A stretch of 64,000 nt of DNA from Dudresnaya verticillata (Eukaryota): the NCBI GenBank assembly GCA_977862235.1, contig OZ374561.1, positions 372,001 to 436,000 on the forward strand, in the 5' to 3' direction. Under the pieces are notes generated by a model. That model was not told where the DNA came from, ran no database searches, and saw only the letters and a list, made by a program, of their open reading frames with translations. Both the position numbers and the translations under genes were made by a program. Below are positions 23,855 through 35,326 of this stretch, one piece after another (position 1 is the first letter of the stretch; each line of letters starts with the position of its first letter).

Positions 23855-26800
23855 CGCGGCGCGCGGTTCCAACTGGTGGCGCGCGCCATTCCGATCGCGC
23901 GTTTGCGCTGCGCGCGGCCACTGACGGGTGCGGACTTGGCTGTGGCTGCGCGCGCACGCGGACTGAAAACAGGCGCAACTGTCATTTCCACGCGCCGCGG
24001 TTACAGACGGCTGTATCCTTCCAGAGTTCCACCTCCTCGGCCGAGGCGGCGGCATGACGGAAGACTGGAGAGAGAATCCACTCGCGCCCGTTACACGGGC
24101 CGCCAGGCCGACGCGGAATGCACGCTTGGGCGGCGCGCGCGGCGCGGCCGAAAGCGAGGAACAAGCGCGCGCCGCGCTTTCGTTTCGACGCGCCGCTCCG
24201 CTACCACGGTACTGTTGTCCGTCCGCGCTACATTTCGGCTCCATGCCTTGCACTTCTCTCGTGCTGCGCGCCGCGACGTCGTTACCGCGCGGCTTGGGCT
24301 TCTCGCGCACGCGCGTTCCAGCCGGGACCATGAAGATGCTGCCTGCGCTCGGCCTTTGCTGCGCCGCTGCGCGACAAGATATAAGATATACCCTTGGAGC
24401 GAAACGAAAGGCGGCAGGTAGGCTGCTCATTGTTCATGCTTCCAGTAGCGCTGCCAACTCGCAGAGCAACGGCTTCCTATGGTAACTTGTGCAGCCTATC
24501 ATTCCAGCCGTATCTACCAACTGGACTCCAACGCAGCAAGCTGTGAATGCGCCACCGCCGCATTTCTCGCTCCGCCGGATTCCCGATGACCCGAACGCTG
24601 CCCCAGCCGAAACAGCAGTTGCCCCTGCAGCCCCAACCCTACAGCGCCGCTTGCTTCCTCGAGAGAACCCGGTCTCTTCCGCTCGCGTGGAACCATGCAA
24701 CAGGAGTTAGTTCCCCAACCTGCTCTGTCGCGCAAGACAAAAAAAATCGTGCGAACCGCACCGGGTGCTGCGCAGCGAGCAACGGCCTTCCCGAGCATTC
24801 CCGCTCTCATTCCCCAGCCGAAAGTGTCTTCCCTGAGCCCCACTGCCATTCCCAGCTAACAATCTCCGCACGTTCCAGCGCTAACACGCGCGCTAGTCCG
24901 TCGCGCAAACTATCGCGCGAATAGCACAACCGATTGACAACCCGTCCATTCCAGAAGTGCGATTCATTATATCCCCGGACAGATGAGCCCCCGCGCCCGT
25001 GCGTAACGCCTTGACGCAACTGCGCCTGGGTGAGCGCCGGGGCCGCAGCGCCAGCCGCCCGCACGGCCTGCCGTGCCGTGCGCGCGGCCCAGCCGTCCGT
25101 GGTGCCGCGCGAGACGAGCCGCGCGGAACGCACGAGCACCACGGCGGGCGCGACAGCCGGCTCGAGGCCGCGCGGAGATTGCCCCGAGATCGCACGCACA
25201 CCGCCCCGAACGACGCGCTTTTGCGCACAAGAAATATCTGCCAGATTCGACCGCCCAATCGCAACGCCGCATCCGTCGCCGCCTGTGGAAGCGGCACTGT
25301 GACCCCCCGTCACACTTACTGTACCGCTCGCCGCCCAGATCTTCACTCCGCACCGCCCTCTCCAACGGACGAGCCGCCCGCCGCTGCAACACAGCGCCAG
25401 CCCGTCCAGCCCGTCCAGCCCGACCGGCGCGGCGCGTGCAGAGCGCGAAATAAGGCTGGCGGGGAGCGGTTTGTGCAACCGCTGCGCGCGTGGACCGCGC
25501 GCTGGAACCGCGCGAGTTGGTAGGAATGCCCCGCCGAGGTATGCACCGGTACACGTGCGGTTTTGCGCGGTATCTCGGCCCGACTTCATACAAGCGCGCG
25601 CAGCCCACGCAGCCGCTTCTATGTGTCCGCTGTCCAATTGCCGCGCGGCGGCGCGCCCGCAGCGCCGCACGCCTCCGCGCCGGGGACGTGCGGGCGAGTG
25701 CAAGCCGCCAACTTGCATGTGCGGGGTCAGCGGATGGGGTCCCACCCGCGCACTCACGCCCGCCCCGCCCCGCTGCGCACGAGCTTGCAGGGGCAAGGCT
25801 TTTTGCCTGCGTGCTTTGCGCGGCTGTCGCTTGCATTGCGAGCCGCGCAAGCTGGAACGAGACAGTAGCGGCAGTGTTGTCTTGCCCGCAAGTGGTACAG
25901 TACATGTACAGTAGGTGCTTGTCGTAGCGAGCGAGCTCGGGCTCGCTCAAAACTATCACGGAGGATCTGTCACGCTTGCGTGCCGACCCCATAAACAACT
26001 GTCACCTTCCCTTCGGAAGCAGCGGGGCGGACTTTGCCCCAAAGCATCCGGCCTAAGCAAAATGGTGCTTTTAGATTCTCCCCAGGCAGCAGCTGCCGCA
26101 TGTATCTTTGCAAATGGGCCGCCACACAGTTGCTTCCTGACAAAAGTGCATCTTTGAGTCCGCAGCCGAGTACCTGCATATCGCCTATCCATTATCACAA
26201 CGAAGTGCTCCGGGTAGAGCGCCACCTCGGTTCATGAGCACATCATGAATGGGGCAGGTAAACTGTAAAGCTTTGTAGGCATGGAACGTTGCAGAGAAAT
26301 CTATATCTGCATCTACATCTGTAGACGGTGAGACACTTTCCTTCTCCTTGTGCAATCCTGGCTGCGCTGCTGCAAGGACTTCAGCCGCAAGATTGCGGAA
26401 ATTGGACTTGCAACAGGTCGTCGGAACTGCTGTGTCCTTTTCCGGTGTCTTCAACTCCCCTTATCATAGAAGTTATCTGGTTGATGCATCCAAGTTTCAA
26501 GTTTCGCACGCCGGACAGTAGAAGTAGCCCGAGGGAGAACTGCAGAACCTGGAATGCGCACAAGACAAAATCTCTGGTCGCAAACGCATAGAGCTGAGGA
26601 GTACAGAGCCGTGCTTTGCGACGCTGCCGAATCCGGGAATCGTTGAAGCTATGTGTCGTTGAGGCCTTTCAGGGCTGTGAGCAATCTCCCCTCGGCGGGC
26701 CCTGTGCTTGTAGGTCCGACGTGTCCGTCATTCTGCAAAACAATAGCGCTCGAGATTGAGGGGGTTCCGAAAGAGCCTTGCACACCATCCATGCCTTTGC

Positions 26801-29106
26801 ATTCGTGAACAGCATAAAATGCATGCTAGGTTTTTGAGAGACGAAGAGTCGTGTAGATGCAACTTTTCGTTTTCAACAACGCTGGAGATATCGAGTCTGA
26901 TGATATGAGCGTGGAATGCCATTGCGGTCAAATTCTTATTACGTCCATTGGTTACATAGCCTGCGTCTGACAATAGGAAATTCCTTACTCTAATGTTGAG
27001 GTGGTGTCTTTTGCTCACTCGCTGAGAAGTTGAAGGCCGTGTGCTCAGGAAGGGACCTTTTGGGCCGCTAGGCTCAGCAGCTTCAATGGCCACGAGAATA
27101 TCTCCTACAGTATAACCAGAAAGCAGTGTTATAGGATTTATTTGTCGCCGCCATTTTCTTTTTATACAAACGAAGTCATTTTTTCGACCTGACAGAACAA
27201 CCGTACTGTTGTGACTTACTACTCTCATGTACATCACATCCTTTGTTTCTCATCACCGACCGGGAAATATAGTAACAACGCAAATTGAAAACGATGTGTG
27301 AAGCGACTTGTAAGCATCAACCTCCGCCAAAACAAGCACCTACCCGCGTCGAAAGATGTGTTTTGAAGTCAAATGGAGGCCAGAGCCTGGTGAAATTATT
27401 CCCCAATTCAATTGGCTTCACTATGCTCTGTTCCGCAACATCGATTTCCGGCCTGCAGCTCCTCATCTGCATCACATGCATATTCCTCTCGTCGCGCAGT
27501 GCCTCCTCTCTACCGCAAATTGTTCTTCCCAAATAGCCGAGAGCTGGTCTTGCGATAGGGGCAGATAAAGAGAACAGAGTCTTGTAGCTGTTGCAGCAAC
27601 ACAGACCACATGCCCTCGCACATTCCCAACACAAAGATCCTTGAGAACGCATGCCAGGCCAACAATGATCACAACGAAGACTCGTGACAAGTCCGTCTTG
27701 CGTGCGAACCGGGAATTGTAACTAACACCAGCCCATTGTTTAACGCTGATCAGCGCTTGGGTCATCCACACTGTGCGGCACACAATAGAATATTGCCCGA
27801 CAAGAGCTATCACGCAATCCCAGACTTCAGTATACGCTCAGAATTACTGCTACCGTAAGCTTCTCTTGAAAGATGTTCATGTGGCATTCTCGTAGGAGTT
27901 GCGAAAGAGTGCCAGAGAATCTTGAAATGTTTGAACTTTAAGTGTCTTGAATGAATCTTTCTGCGCCCAGGTGGCAAAAGTTGTTTGTTTTTTTGGGGTG
28001 CGCTGTCAAGCACTGAACAAGCATCAGGACAACTGCACAAAAGTTGTAAGAACGTATTGCGCTGCGATGTTTTAACTCACGAGGGTAGCAGCGGCAATAA
28101 TTGGGAGCCCGTCAAGCTTACCACTTTGACAATTACGATCCGGTTTGCGCTACAGTGGTAAAGAATTATGCTCCATTTTCAAGAGGGTCATACCTATGCT
28201 ATTCTTAATGTTGTTTGGCGATAATATTATCTTCTGAGTTGAGAATAATTCTATTTGTGATTCAGATGTGCGTAGGTGGGGATTGTACCGAGTCATTGCA
28301 TGGTGAGACGATACAGAATGACCGATAGTGACGAACGGAGCCTGATTTTATTGGAGTTGTTGCAAAGAACAAGAGAAGTGTGGACATATTTACTTGACTA
28401 CTTGGGGATCGCGAAGAACAAGCGCAATAACACGAGCTTGACATTGGTGGACGCAGGTATTCTTGTTTTCTTGCTTTGAACTGCGGGAAGGCACTTTTCT
28501 TTTGTACGGTGTATGGTTCTCTTTTGCTGCATGCCGCCTGGCATTGTTCATGTGCTTGAAGAAAGAGGTTTTGTGCACTGCGCAAAGGCAGTGTGACAGC
28601 ACGCAGTGACTCACTGCGAGTGAGGGCATTCCATTGAGATGGTCACGTATCTCAAAACGGCAATGCTGCTACACCTCAAAACGATTGTAGCTGTAACTCA
28701 ACTTTGGCACGAGGGCAAAGTTTGCTGTTCCGCATGAAAGCAAAACATATCCATGTAAAGGTCTTGATTTCACGAATGCTACAGCCAAGGGCTAAGATAC
28801 CTTCGAAGGGTGCCAACGGGTACCCGGCCGAAGTGACAGGGAATTATCACAGCCATGTATGTATCATGCCCTTGACAGTGTCAGCACGGCCCGGCAATGC
28901 TATTGCAATCCGGTCTTTCGCTCCTTCTGGGAGGGACCAATTTCAAGGCATTCTCCAGGAAGTGTGAGCGGCGGATCGTTCAGTGAGGCTTTTCTCGAGA
29001 CCCTTCAGAACAGTGCCAGACCGTCCCATTTCCAACCCGTTGGCGACACCCTCCAGGTCTCTGTCGCCACTCCGTTCCCACCTCCCCACACACCCAGCCG
29101 CAAGCC

Positions 29107-30105
29107 ATGGGCGGGACCTCGTCACGTTCGCGCGACTCAATATCTGGGGATCTACTTTCTGACGCATCCCTTGCGCCTTCCGCATTCCCGAGTCCAGAGG
29201 GGCACACGCTGTCCCTCTCAGCAAGCGCCACCCTGCCTGCGCGCACAGTCGGGTATGCGGTGTACGGCGACGAGGCAGCCGCGCCCTCGCGCACCATTCT
29301 GTTCCTGCATGGCACACCCGGCACGCGCTTCTTCTTCACGGCCGAGCATAGCGCGTATGCCGCGCGCCACGCCGTCCGCGTCGTCGTGCCCGAGCGCCCG
29401 GGTTTCGGCTTATCCACGCCCGTCCCGGCCCGTACGCTGCTGGACTCCGTGTCCGATGCTGCCGCCGTGCTCGACGCGCTGAGTGTGGACGTTGCGCATG
29501 TGGTGGGCTATTCGGCTGGCGGCCCGTTTGCACTGGCGTTCGCGAAGCGCTTCCCGCACAGATGCGGTTCTGTGTGCGTGGTCAGTTCACTGAGCCCGAA
29601 CGTTCGTGGTGTCACAAAGGGTATGTCCATTCTGTCGAAGGTCGGGTACTTTCTGGCTGCGCACTCACCAAAGATGCTCACGTGGCTTTTGGTGGGGATG
29701 GTTGCGGATGCCAGGAAAGAGGTTTTTGATGATCGGCGGTCGGACTTTACCAACACTGAGAATGTACAATTTAAGAAGGATGCTGGGGTGAGGCGATGCT
29801 TTGCGGAAAGCACTTTGGAGTTGTACTCGCGGGAGTGCGGTGTTGCTGCCGAGGCGGAGGATTACGTTTTGATGGCGCGCGATTGGGGTTTCCGTTTGGA
29901 GGATGTCGAAGGTGTTGATGTCTTCCTGTACGGAGGAAGCGAGGATGAGAAATGCACCGTTGGGATGTATCGAGAGCTTGAGCGTGGGCTGCGTGAAGGG
30001 AAGTGCGATCTGAAGAAGGCAGCCCTGGTCGAGGGGGAGAACCATCTCTATTTTTATCGACTTTTTGCAAACGGACTGTTCGAAGACATTGGTTTGGTCT
30101 CTTGA
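29107..30105 (+). CDS. alpha/beta-fold hydrolase
   Basis: LFLHGTPG oxyanion loop, ERPGFGLS, nucleophile elbow GYSAGG, YGGSEDE acid loop, GENH catalytic His. Confidence 0.9.
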   Translation: MGGTSSRSRDSISGDLLSDASLAPSAFPSPEGHTLSLSASATLPARTVGYAVYGDEAAAPSRTILFLHGTPGTRFFFTAEHSAYAARHAVRVVVPERPGFGLSTPVPARTLLDSVSDAAAVLDALSVDVAHVVGYSAGGPFALAFAKRFPHRCGSVCVVSSLSPNVRGVTKGMSILSKVGYFLAAHSPKMLTWLLVGMVADARKEVFDDRRSDFTNTENVQFKKDAGVRRCFAESTLELYSRECGVAAEAEDYVLMARDWGFRLEDVEGVDVFLYGGSEDEKCTVGMYRELERGLREGKCDLKKAALVEGENHLYFYRLFANGLFEDIGLVS

Positions 30106-30654
30106 TTCAAGAAACTGAAGCGCTGGTGTGAATGCAGAGAGCGTGGCATACTTACCTCTTCCGGCAAGAGGAAGATGTTTCGTGGACTCAGGACGTTTAC
30201 CACGACTATGCACCGCTAAGCTCTGGAGGATTGAGGCGCACTGCTTCTATTTTGAACAATGGGTGTGGAGGCTAGTCTTGCGTGGCTCGGGCGCTAGCTT
30301 GCCACATGCAGCGACATCCTTGTGCATTTGGAGTGAAGATTCTTGAGGAATGATTTCTCCTGCGAGAGTAAGATGGATGGGACATTATTGAGACGCGGGT
30401 ACCGCGCCTGTCAGGAAGTCGGGAGAGTAGCGCCAGAAACAAGGCTACTGTACGCGTGGGAATCGAACAGGCGCAGGACATTCCCGAAGCGGCGGCATGC
30501 GAATACTATTGTCGACAAAAATGGGGGACGCAAGGTGGCGCTCTGCGCTCTTCCGTCTGATCCGAAATGCCACGGAAATACTCGCGTTTGAAACAAAACG
30601 TAATGCGTCCCGGCCGGCCTCCAACCGAAATTCCGTTGCCAATCACTTGAACTG

Positions 30655-32271
30655 ATGACACAAACAATGCATCTTACCACAAAAAGAGCCAAACCGCCAC
30701 TCACCTTGCATCGTTCCACATACCAACTCCGGAAGCCGCTGCCACCGCCTCCCCGCCGCGACCGCGACGCCCATCTGCGCGCTATGGCCTGGTCGCTGTA
30801 CCTGACGAGCGGCGCCGCGTCGGGCGTGTCCGACGCGCAACTGGCCGAGCTTGACGAGTTCGAGCTGGTCGCTCGGGGTCCGCACGAGGCCGCCGCGAGG
30901 CATTTGCGCGCCCGTATTGCGTATATTGTCCATGCGCTCGTTTGCACCGCTGGTGCTGTCCCTGGTCGCCAACAGATGCTACGCGCAGTCTACACCTTGC
31001 GCGACATCCTCGCTGCTGCGGTCCCAACGCCTCCGCTGCTACGAGAGGCCGCACGCGGACTGGCAGTGCTCCACTTGCGTGATGAGCAATCGGGTCGCTT
31101 CGGCGACGACCATGCACTTGGTGCCGGGCCTCTGTTTCTGCGACCGCTGGTTAACATTGCGGTGAACAGGGTTGCGGACAAGCAGCTGTCTGGTGCGGCT
31201 GCTGGTTGTTTGGCTGTTTTGCTAGGCTGCCCGTCTTTTGATCACGGTGTTGACGATGCTGTGCCTGATGAAATTTGTGTGCAGGCCGATGAGCAGACCA
31301 GGCGTCTGGTCCGATTGCTGCTTACCGAGATTGTGCTCACGGCCTCTCCAGTCGCACTCAAGTCGCTTTCAGCACTGCTTCGACGCGACTTTGCGCGACA
31401 AGCATTTTGTGAGAAGGACGGTGTGTCCACCTTGGCTTCAACATTGATTACGGACCCTACTCAGCGACATACTGCAATTGGCCAGATCGTTGCGAGCACC
31501 AGGGTCGGTGTGCAAAATGCACAGCCGGTGTCAGCGTCGTACCATGCCGTATTCGCTGTTTGGATGCTTTCGTTCGCGGTGAGTCCTGCAGTTTTGGAAC
31601 GTGTGCTGCTTAAGGTGTTATCGTCACGTTTATTAGTCGTTCTGTCCCGTCTGCTTAACCATGCCTCAGGCCAACGTCTCAAGATAGCGCGAGTCACATT
31701 ATCAAGTATGCGAAACCTGGCATCTGGGACAACCAAGCTACATACGAGAGTCCGTCGGGACCTCATTTCCGCGGAAATTCCTGCAGTACTACAGCGTCTG
31801 ATGCTGATGGGATCTGGACCTGGTGCGCTGCTGGGTAATGATGAGGACGCCATGACGGATGCCCGTGAGCTAATCGACATTCTCAAGAAGGAACAGGACT
31901 CCATGTCCACGCTCGATGCCTACGTTGCCGAGGTTCGAGCAGGTGCACTGCACTGGTCGCCAGTACACAAGGATAGCAGGTTTTGGGTCGGGTATGCCCA
32001 ACGTCTTGTTGACGAATATCGAGATGTCATAGCCTTGCTGGCAGCAGTTTTGACGAAGGCAGAGAAATCCCTGCCCACAGAGATAAGAGTTGCATGTAAC
32101 GACTTGTCGTGCTTAATGCGAGAGAGCAAAACTGGCAAAGCGGTACTTTTGGCCATGGAAGGGCTCAAGACGTCATTAATGAAGCTCATGACAAGCCACG
32201 ACGATCCTGATGTGAGATTAGCAGCTCTTACTTGTACGCAGTTACTACTGATGTCATCAACAAGGGGTTGA
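30655..32271 (+). CDS. V-type ATPase subunit H-like ARM-repeat protein (divergent)
   Basis: C-terminal V-ATPase H pattern STLDAYVAEVRAGALHWSPVHKDSRFW...VACNDL...LMKLM.HDDPDVRLAAL; middle YHAVFAVWMLSF and KIARVTLSSMRNL. Confidence 0.8.
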   Translation: MTQTMHLTTKRAKPPLTLHRSTYQLRKPLPPPPRRDRDAHLRAMAWSLYLTSGAASGVSDAQLAELDEFELVARGPHEAAARHLRARIAYIVHALVCTAGAVPGRQQMLRAVYTLRDILAAAVPTPPLLREAARGLAVLHLRDEQSGRFGDDHALGAGPLFLRPLVNIAVNRVADKQLSGAAAGCLAVLLGCPSFDHGVDDAVPDEICVQADEQTRRLVRLLLTEIVLTASPVALKSLSALLRRDFARQAFCEKDGVSTLASTLITDPTQRHTAIGQIVASTRVGVQNAQPVSASYHAVFAVWMLSFAVSPAVLERVLLKVLSSRLLVVLSRLLNHASGQRLKIARVTLSSMRNLASGTTKLHTRVRRDLISAEIPAVLQRLMLMGSGPGALLGNDEDAMTDARELIDILKKEQDSMSTLDAYVAEVRAGALHWSPVHKDSRFWVGYAQRLVDEYRDVIALLAAVLTKAEKSLPTEIRVACNDLSCLMRESKTGKAVLLAMEGLKTSLMKLMTSHDDPDVRLAALTCTQLLLMSSTRG

Positions 32272-32470
32272 GATGCTTGCATGCCCGGGCACTTTTCCTG
32301 TGTCAGTACGGTATCTGGGTTTCCATGCAATACTGCGTCTGCGACTTCCGTAATATCAAAAGAGAATATCGTCTGCATAGTACGCCGCATTTGTACATAT
32401 CATGCAACTATCGTCTTGGCCTTCTGCCAAATGCATAGGATGCATTAGACGATGGATATTGATGTTTTCG

Positions 32471-34138
32471 TCATCGAGACGGTCGTTTGAAGCGAAGACA
32501 AAAGGCCGATCCGGGAGTCGAGAGCGTCTCGTCAGGAAGGTGCTGCCTAGGGTCAAGATGTGAAGGTAGGGGAGAGATTAGCTCTACTTCTGCATTGCAG
32601 GAATGGAGCATCTCACGCACTGTTGCAAGGCCAATCCCGGATCCTGGGCTCCCCGTACGCTCTGCAGCAGAGCCGCGATATCCGAACTCCCATACGGCGT
32701 CCTTCTCCCCTTCTGAGAACCCATATCCAGTATCCCATACGACAACCTCAACGACATCTTCGGGAAGTTGCGATGCCGTGTTGTTAGTTGTTTCATCATC
32801 AGCACAAACAGAGTATATACCAAGGTGCGAACCTGGCGGTGCATACTTCAGGGAATTGTCGATCAAGTTGCTCACTGCCTCCCGGACATATTTTTCGACA
32901 GCTAGTACAGGAGGGGCGTCGCTATCAATCTGCGAATGAAAGGTCATTTGCCGCTCTTTGGCCAACACATCTGCAATTTCGGCTTGCGAAACTAGCACAT
33001 CTGAGAGCCACAGGAGCTGCATACCTTTTGTTGACGTCTCTTTCGCGTACGTCGGCGGTTTAGATATAGCTGTGTAGTCGTTTTGAGCAGGAAGCTCCTG
33101 ACTAAAACTGGAGCCATGCTGATCTTCTTCTTTCGCGTACCATGGCACACCGCCGTCCATAGCCTCGGGAAGTACGTGTGCGTCACCGGCGTCATCGAGA
33201 GGCTGGAGCAGGTCATCGACGCGAAGAGCTTCGAGGATAATATTCTTCGCGAGCGCACGATTTGTGTCACCTGGCGGCAGCTTGCGCAATAACAGGTGGC
33301 CAAACGTCACTAGTGCCGACACGGGCGATCGTACCTGATGGAGTGTCGTTCTTAGCAGCATGCGCATGGAATCAATCAAAGATTTGCCCGTTCCTAACAA
33401 CCCCGAACTAGCGTGCCACTTTCCCTCCAACGCAGCACCCAGAGCAATGCTCTTCGCGACCATATCCGCACGTCGAATATCCTCCGGGTCCCACAGCATA
33501 GCCTGCGTCCCATTCATATTCGCAGGAGGGTCCTGCGGACAAAGCACAACCGAACCCGCCAATACGCCATTATACTCAACGGGTATGCACAGCCCGCCAT
33601 CGGGCATGACAATACCTCCCTGCCGACCAACAGTCTTAAACGGATAATCCGGAAGTATCCACTCTGCCGGAATACCGCCCGGCAGGACGGGGGAGGTCTG
33701 CGAGCCCTCCGCAAGCTCGGTGTGCTGCGGCTTACCGGGCTTGGATATCCAAACGCGGCGCGAGCGTTCGTCCTCGTGACGGGAGTGGACGACGAGCGGG
33801 ACGAACTCTAGGGCGCCGGTGGACGGGTTTTCCCTGCGGAAGAAGAGAAGGACCTGGGATGTGGCCGGGACGGTCGACAGGAGCAGCTGGAGCTGGGCGT
33901 CGCACAGCTGCAGAAAGTCGCTGCTCCAGCCCTCGTACTCCGGAGGGCCGGCAGGCGACGAAGACGACGCGTCCGGCCAAGGGAGGTCGAAGGGGGGCGG
34001 CGGGTTGCTGGTGCTCCACGTGCGCGCTGGCTCGGAGAGGGACATTCGCGGGCGTGGGCGACGACGCGGGCAGGTTGCTGGCGGGTTGGGGAGGTGGAGG
34101 GCGGGCGGTCGCGGCGCGGCGGCTAGGAAGGCTGTCAT
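32471..34138 (-). CDS. CSK: chloroplast sensor kinase (cyanobacterial Hik2 homolog): GAF-like sensor + HisKA + HATPase_c, with plastid transit peptide
   Basis: Transit peptide MTAFLAAAPRPP from the ATG at 34138; SSDFLQLCDAQLQLL (Hik2/CSK N-terminal helix); H-box LHQVRSPVSALVTFGHLLLRKL; N-box EAVSNLIDNSLKY; G1 DTGYG; G2 GSGIGL. Confidence 0.85.
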   Translation of the reverse strand: MTAFLAAAPRPPALHLPNPPATCPRRRPRPRMSLSEPARTWSTSNPPPPFDLPWPDASSSSPAGPPEYEGWSSDFLQLCDAQLQLLLSTVPATSQVLLFFRRENPSTGALEFVPLVVHSRHEDERSRRVWISKPGKPQHTELAEGSQTSPVLPGGIPAEWILPDYPFKTVGRQGGIVMPDGGLCIPVEYNGVLAGSVVLCPQDPPANMNGTQAMLWDPEDIRRADMVAKSIALGAALEGKWHASSGLLGTGKSLIDSMRMLLRTTLHQVRSPVSALVTFGHLLLRKLPPGDTNRALAKNIILEALRVDDLLQPLDDAGDAHVLPEAMDGGVPWYAKEEDQHGSSFSQELPAQNDYTAISKPPTYAKETSTKGMQLLWLSDVLVSQAEIADVLAKERQMTFHSQIDSDAPPVLAVEKYVREAVSNLIDNSLKYAPPGSHLGIYSVCADDETTNNTASQLPEDVVEVVVWDTGYGFSEGEKDAVWEFGYRGSAAERTGSPGSGIGLATVREMLHSCNAEVELISPLPSHLDPRQHLPDETLSTPGSAFCLRFKRPSR

Positions 34139-35326
34139 GGTGGGGGGTCGTGATACATTGGGCAGCAGGGTCAGGGGTCCGGGGGAAGAGGCGGGCAGTG
34201 GGGAGGGGTGCGAGGTTGGGGATGAGGTGAGAGACTCGCAGACTTGTAGAGGTGGGACGCTTCCTGTGTTGGTGTAAAGTGCGGTGAGTTTGCTTGTTGA
34301 CAGGGGCAGATTCGTTTCGATTGTTTCGGTTGGTGCTCTACTGTACGAGGAAGGTACGTTTCGTTTGGAAGATTCGGGCGGCGGCGGCGGCGGCGGGCGG
34401 CCGCTGATTTCCACGGCTATGCAAATCTGCGAGCAGGCAGCGCCAACCACTCTGACCGAGAGACGCGGCCGCTCGCTGGTCGCAGAAAAAATCCGAAAAA
34501 GGCGATGTACCTCCTCCCCGCGAGCGCCGCTGGGGCGCGGCTGGTGGGAGGGGTCGGCTGTGGCGGCGGAGCGGCCGTTCGCGCGGAAAAATTCCGAAAG
34601 CGCTGCTCGAAAAACCGCCGCACGCCGCGCCGCGTGGAGGCTCCACGTGTCCACCGAGTCGAGATCCAATCGGGATCGGGCCGCGGCGCCACGCGCGGAA
34701 CAGAAGCGGAAACAGCCGCGGGGCGCGCGGCGCGCGGCGCGCGCGCGGGCAAAGCCAAACATGCCGCTCGGCAGCCCGCGCCACTCCGCCGCCCGCGCCC
34801 GCTCTTCCGCGCCCCCGCCGCCGCGCTGCACCGCGCCCATGCCCGCCACCGCCCGCCCGCCCCGCCGCCGAAGGTACGTCCCGCTCGCCCCGCGCCTCGC
34901 GCCCCATCCCTCCCGCCGCGCGCCGCCCCCCTCCCGCGTCCCCGCGCCGCGCGCCGCGCTCCCTCCCGCACCTCCCGTCGTGCTTTCGCTTCACAATTCA
35001 GTACTTAGACCTTCCGCCCGCTGACATTCCCCCGCTCCGTCGTTTCGCTCTCGTGTGCTCCTTCCACTCTCCGCCGTAACCGCACAGCTCCCGTCTCCTC
35101 CACGCCCCGACCCGCCCTGCGCCCCATCCCGCCGTCGCGCAGCGTCCTCGTCCCATCCGTCGCGCTGGCTGCCGCCAAACGGGGCGCGCGGTCGCGCGGC
35201 CGCACCACCACGCCGCGCGGCGGCCCGGCCCGCCCCCGCGGCGACTCGCCGCCGCCGCAGCCACCGCTCACCCCGCCCGCTAACGGCCACGCCGCGCCAC
35301 CCGTCTCCTTCGCTCTGCCGCATGCC

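Noticed and set aside
21412..25998. Many 150-365 aa ORFs in all six frames
   Set aside because: Explained by the scarcity of stop codons in very GC-rich DNA; no domain and no preferred frame.
34139..34849. 237-aa N-terminal extension of the CSK ORF
   Set aside because: Read-through of a GC-rich promoter; the ATG at 34138 starts a typical MxAF transit peptide.
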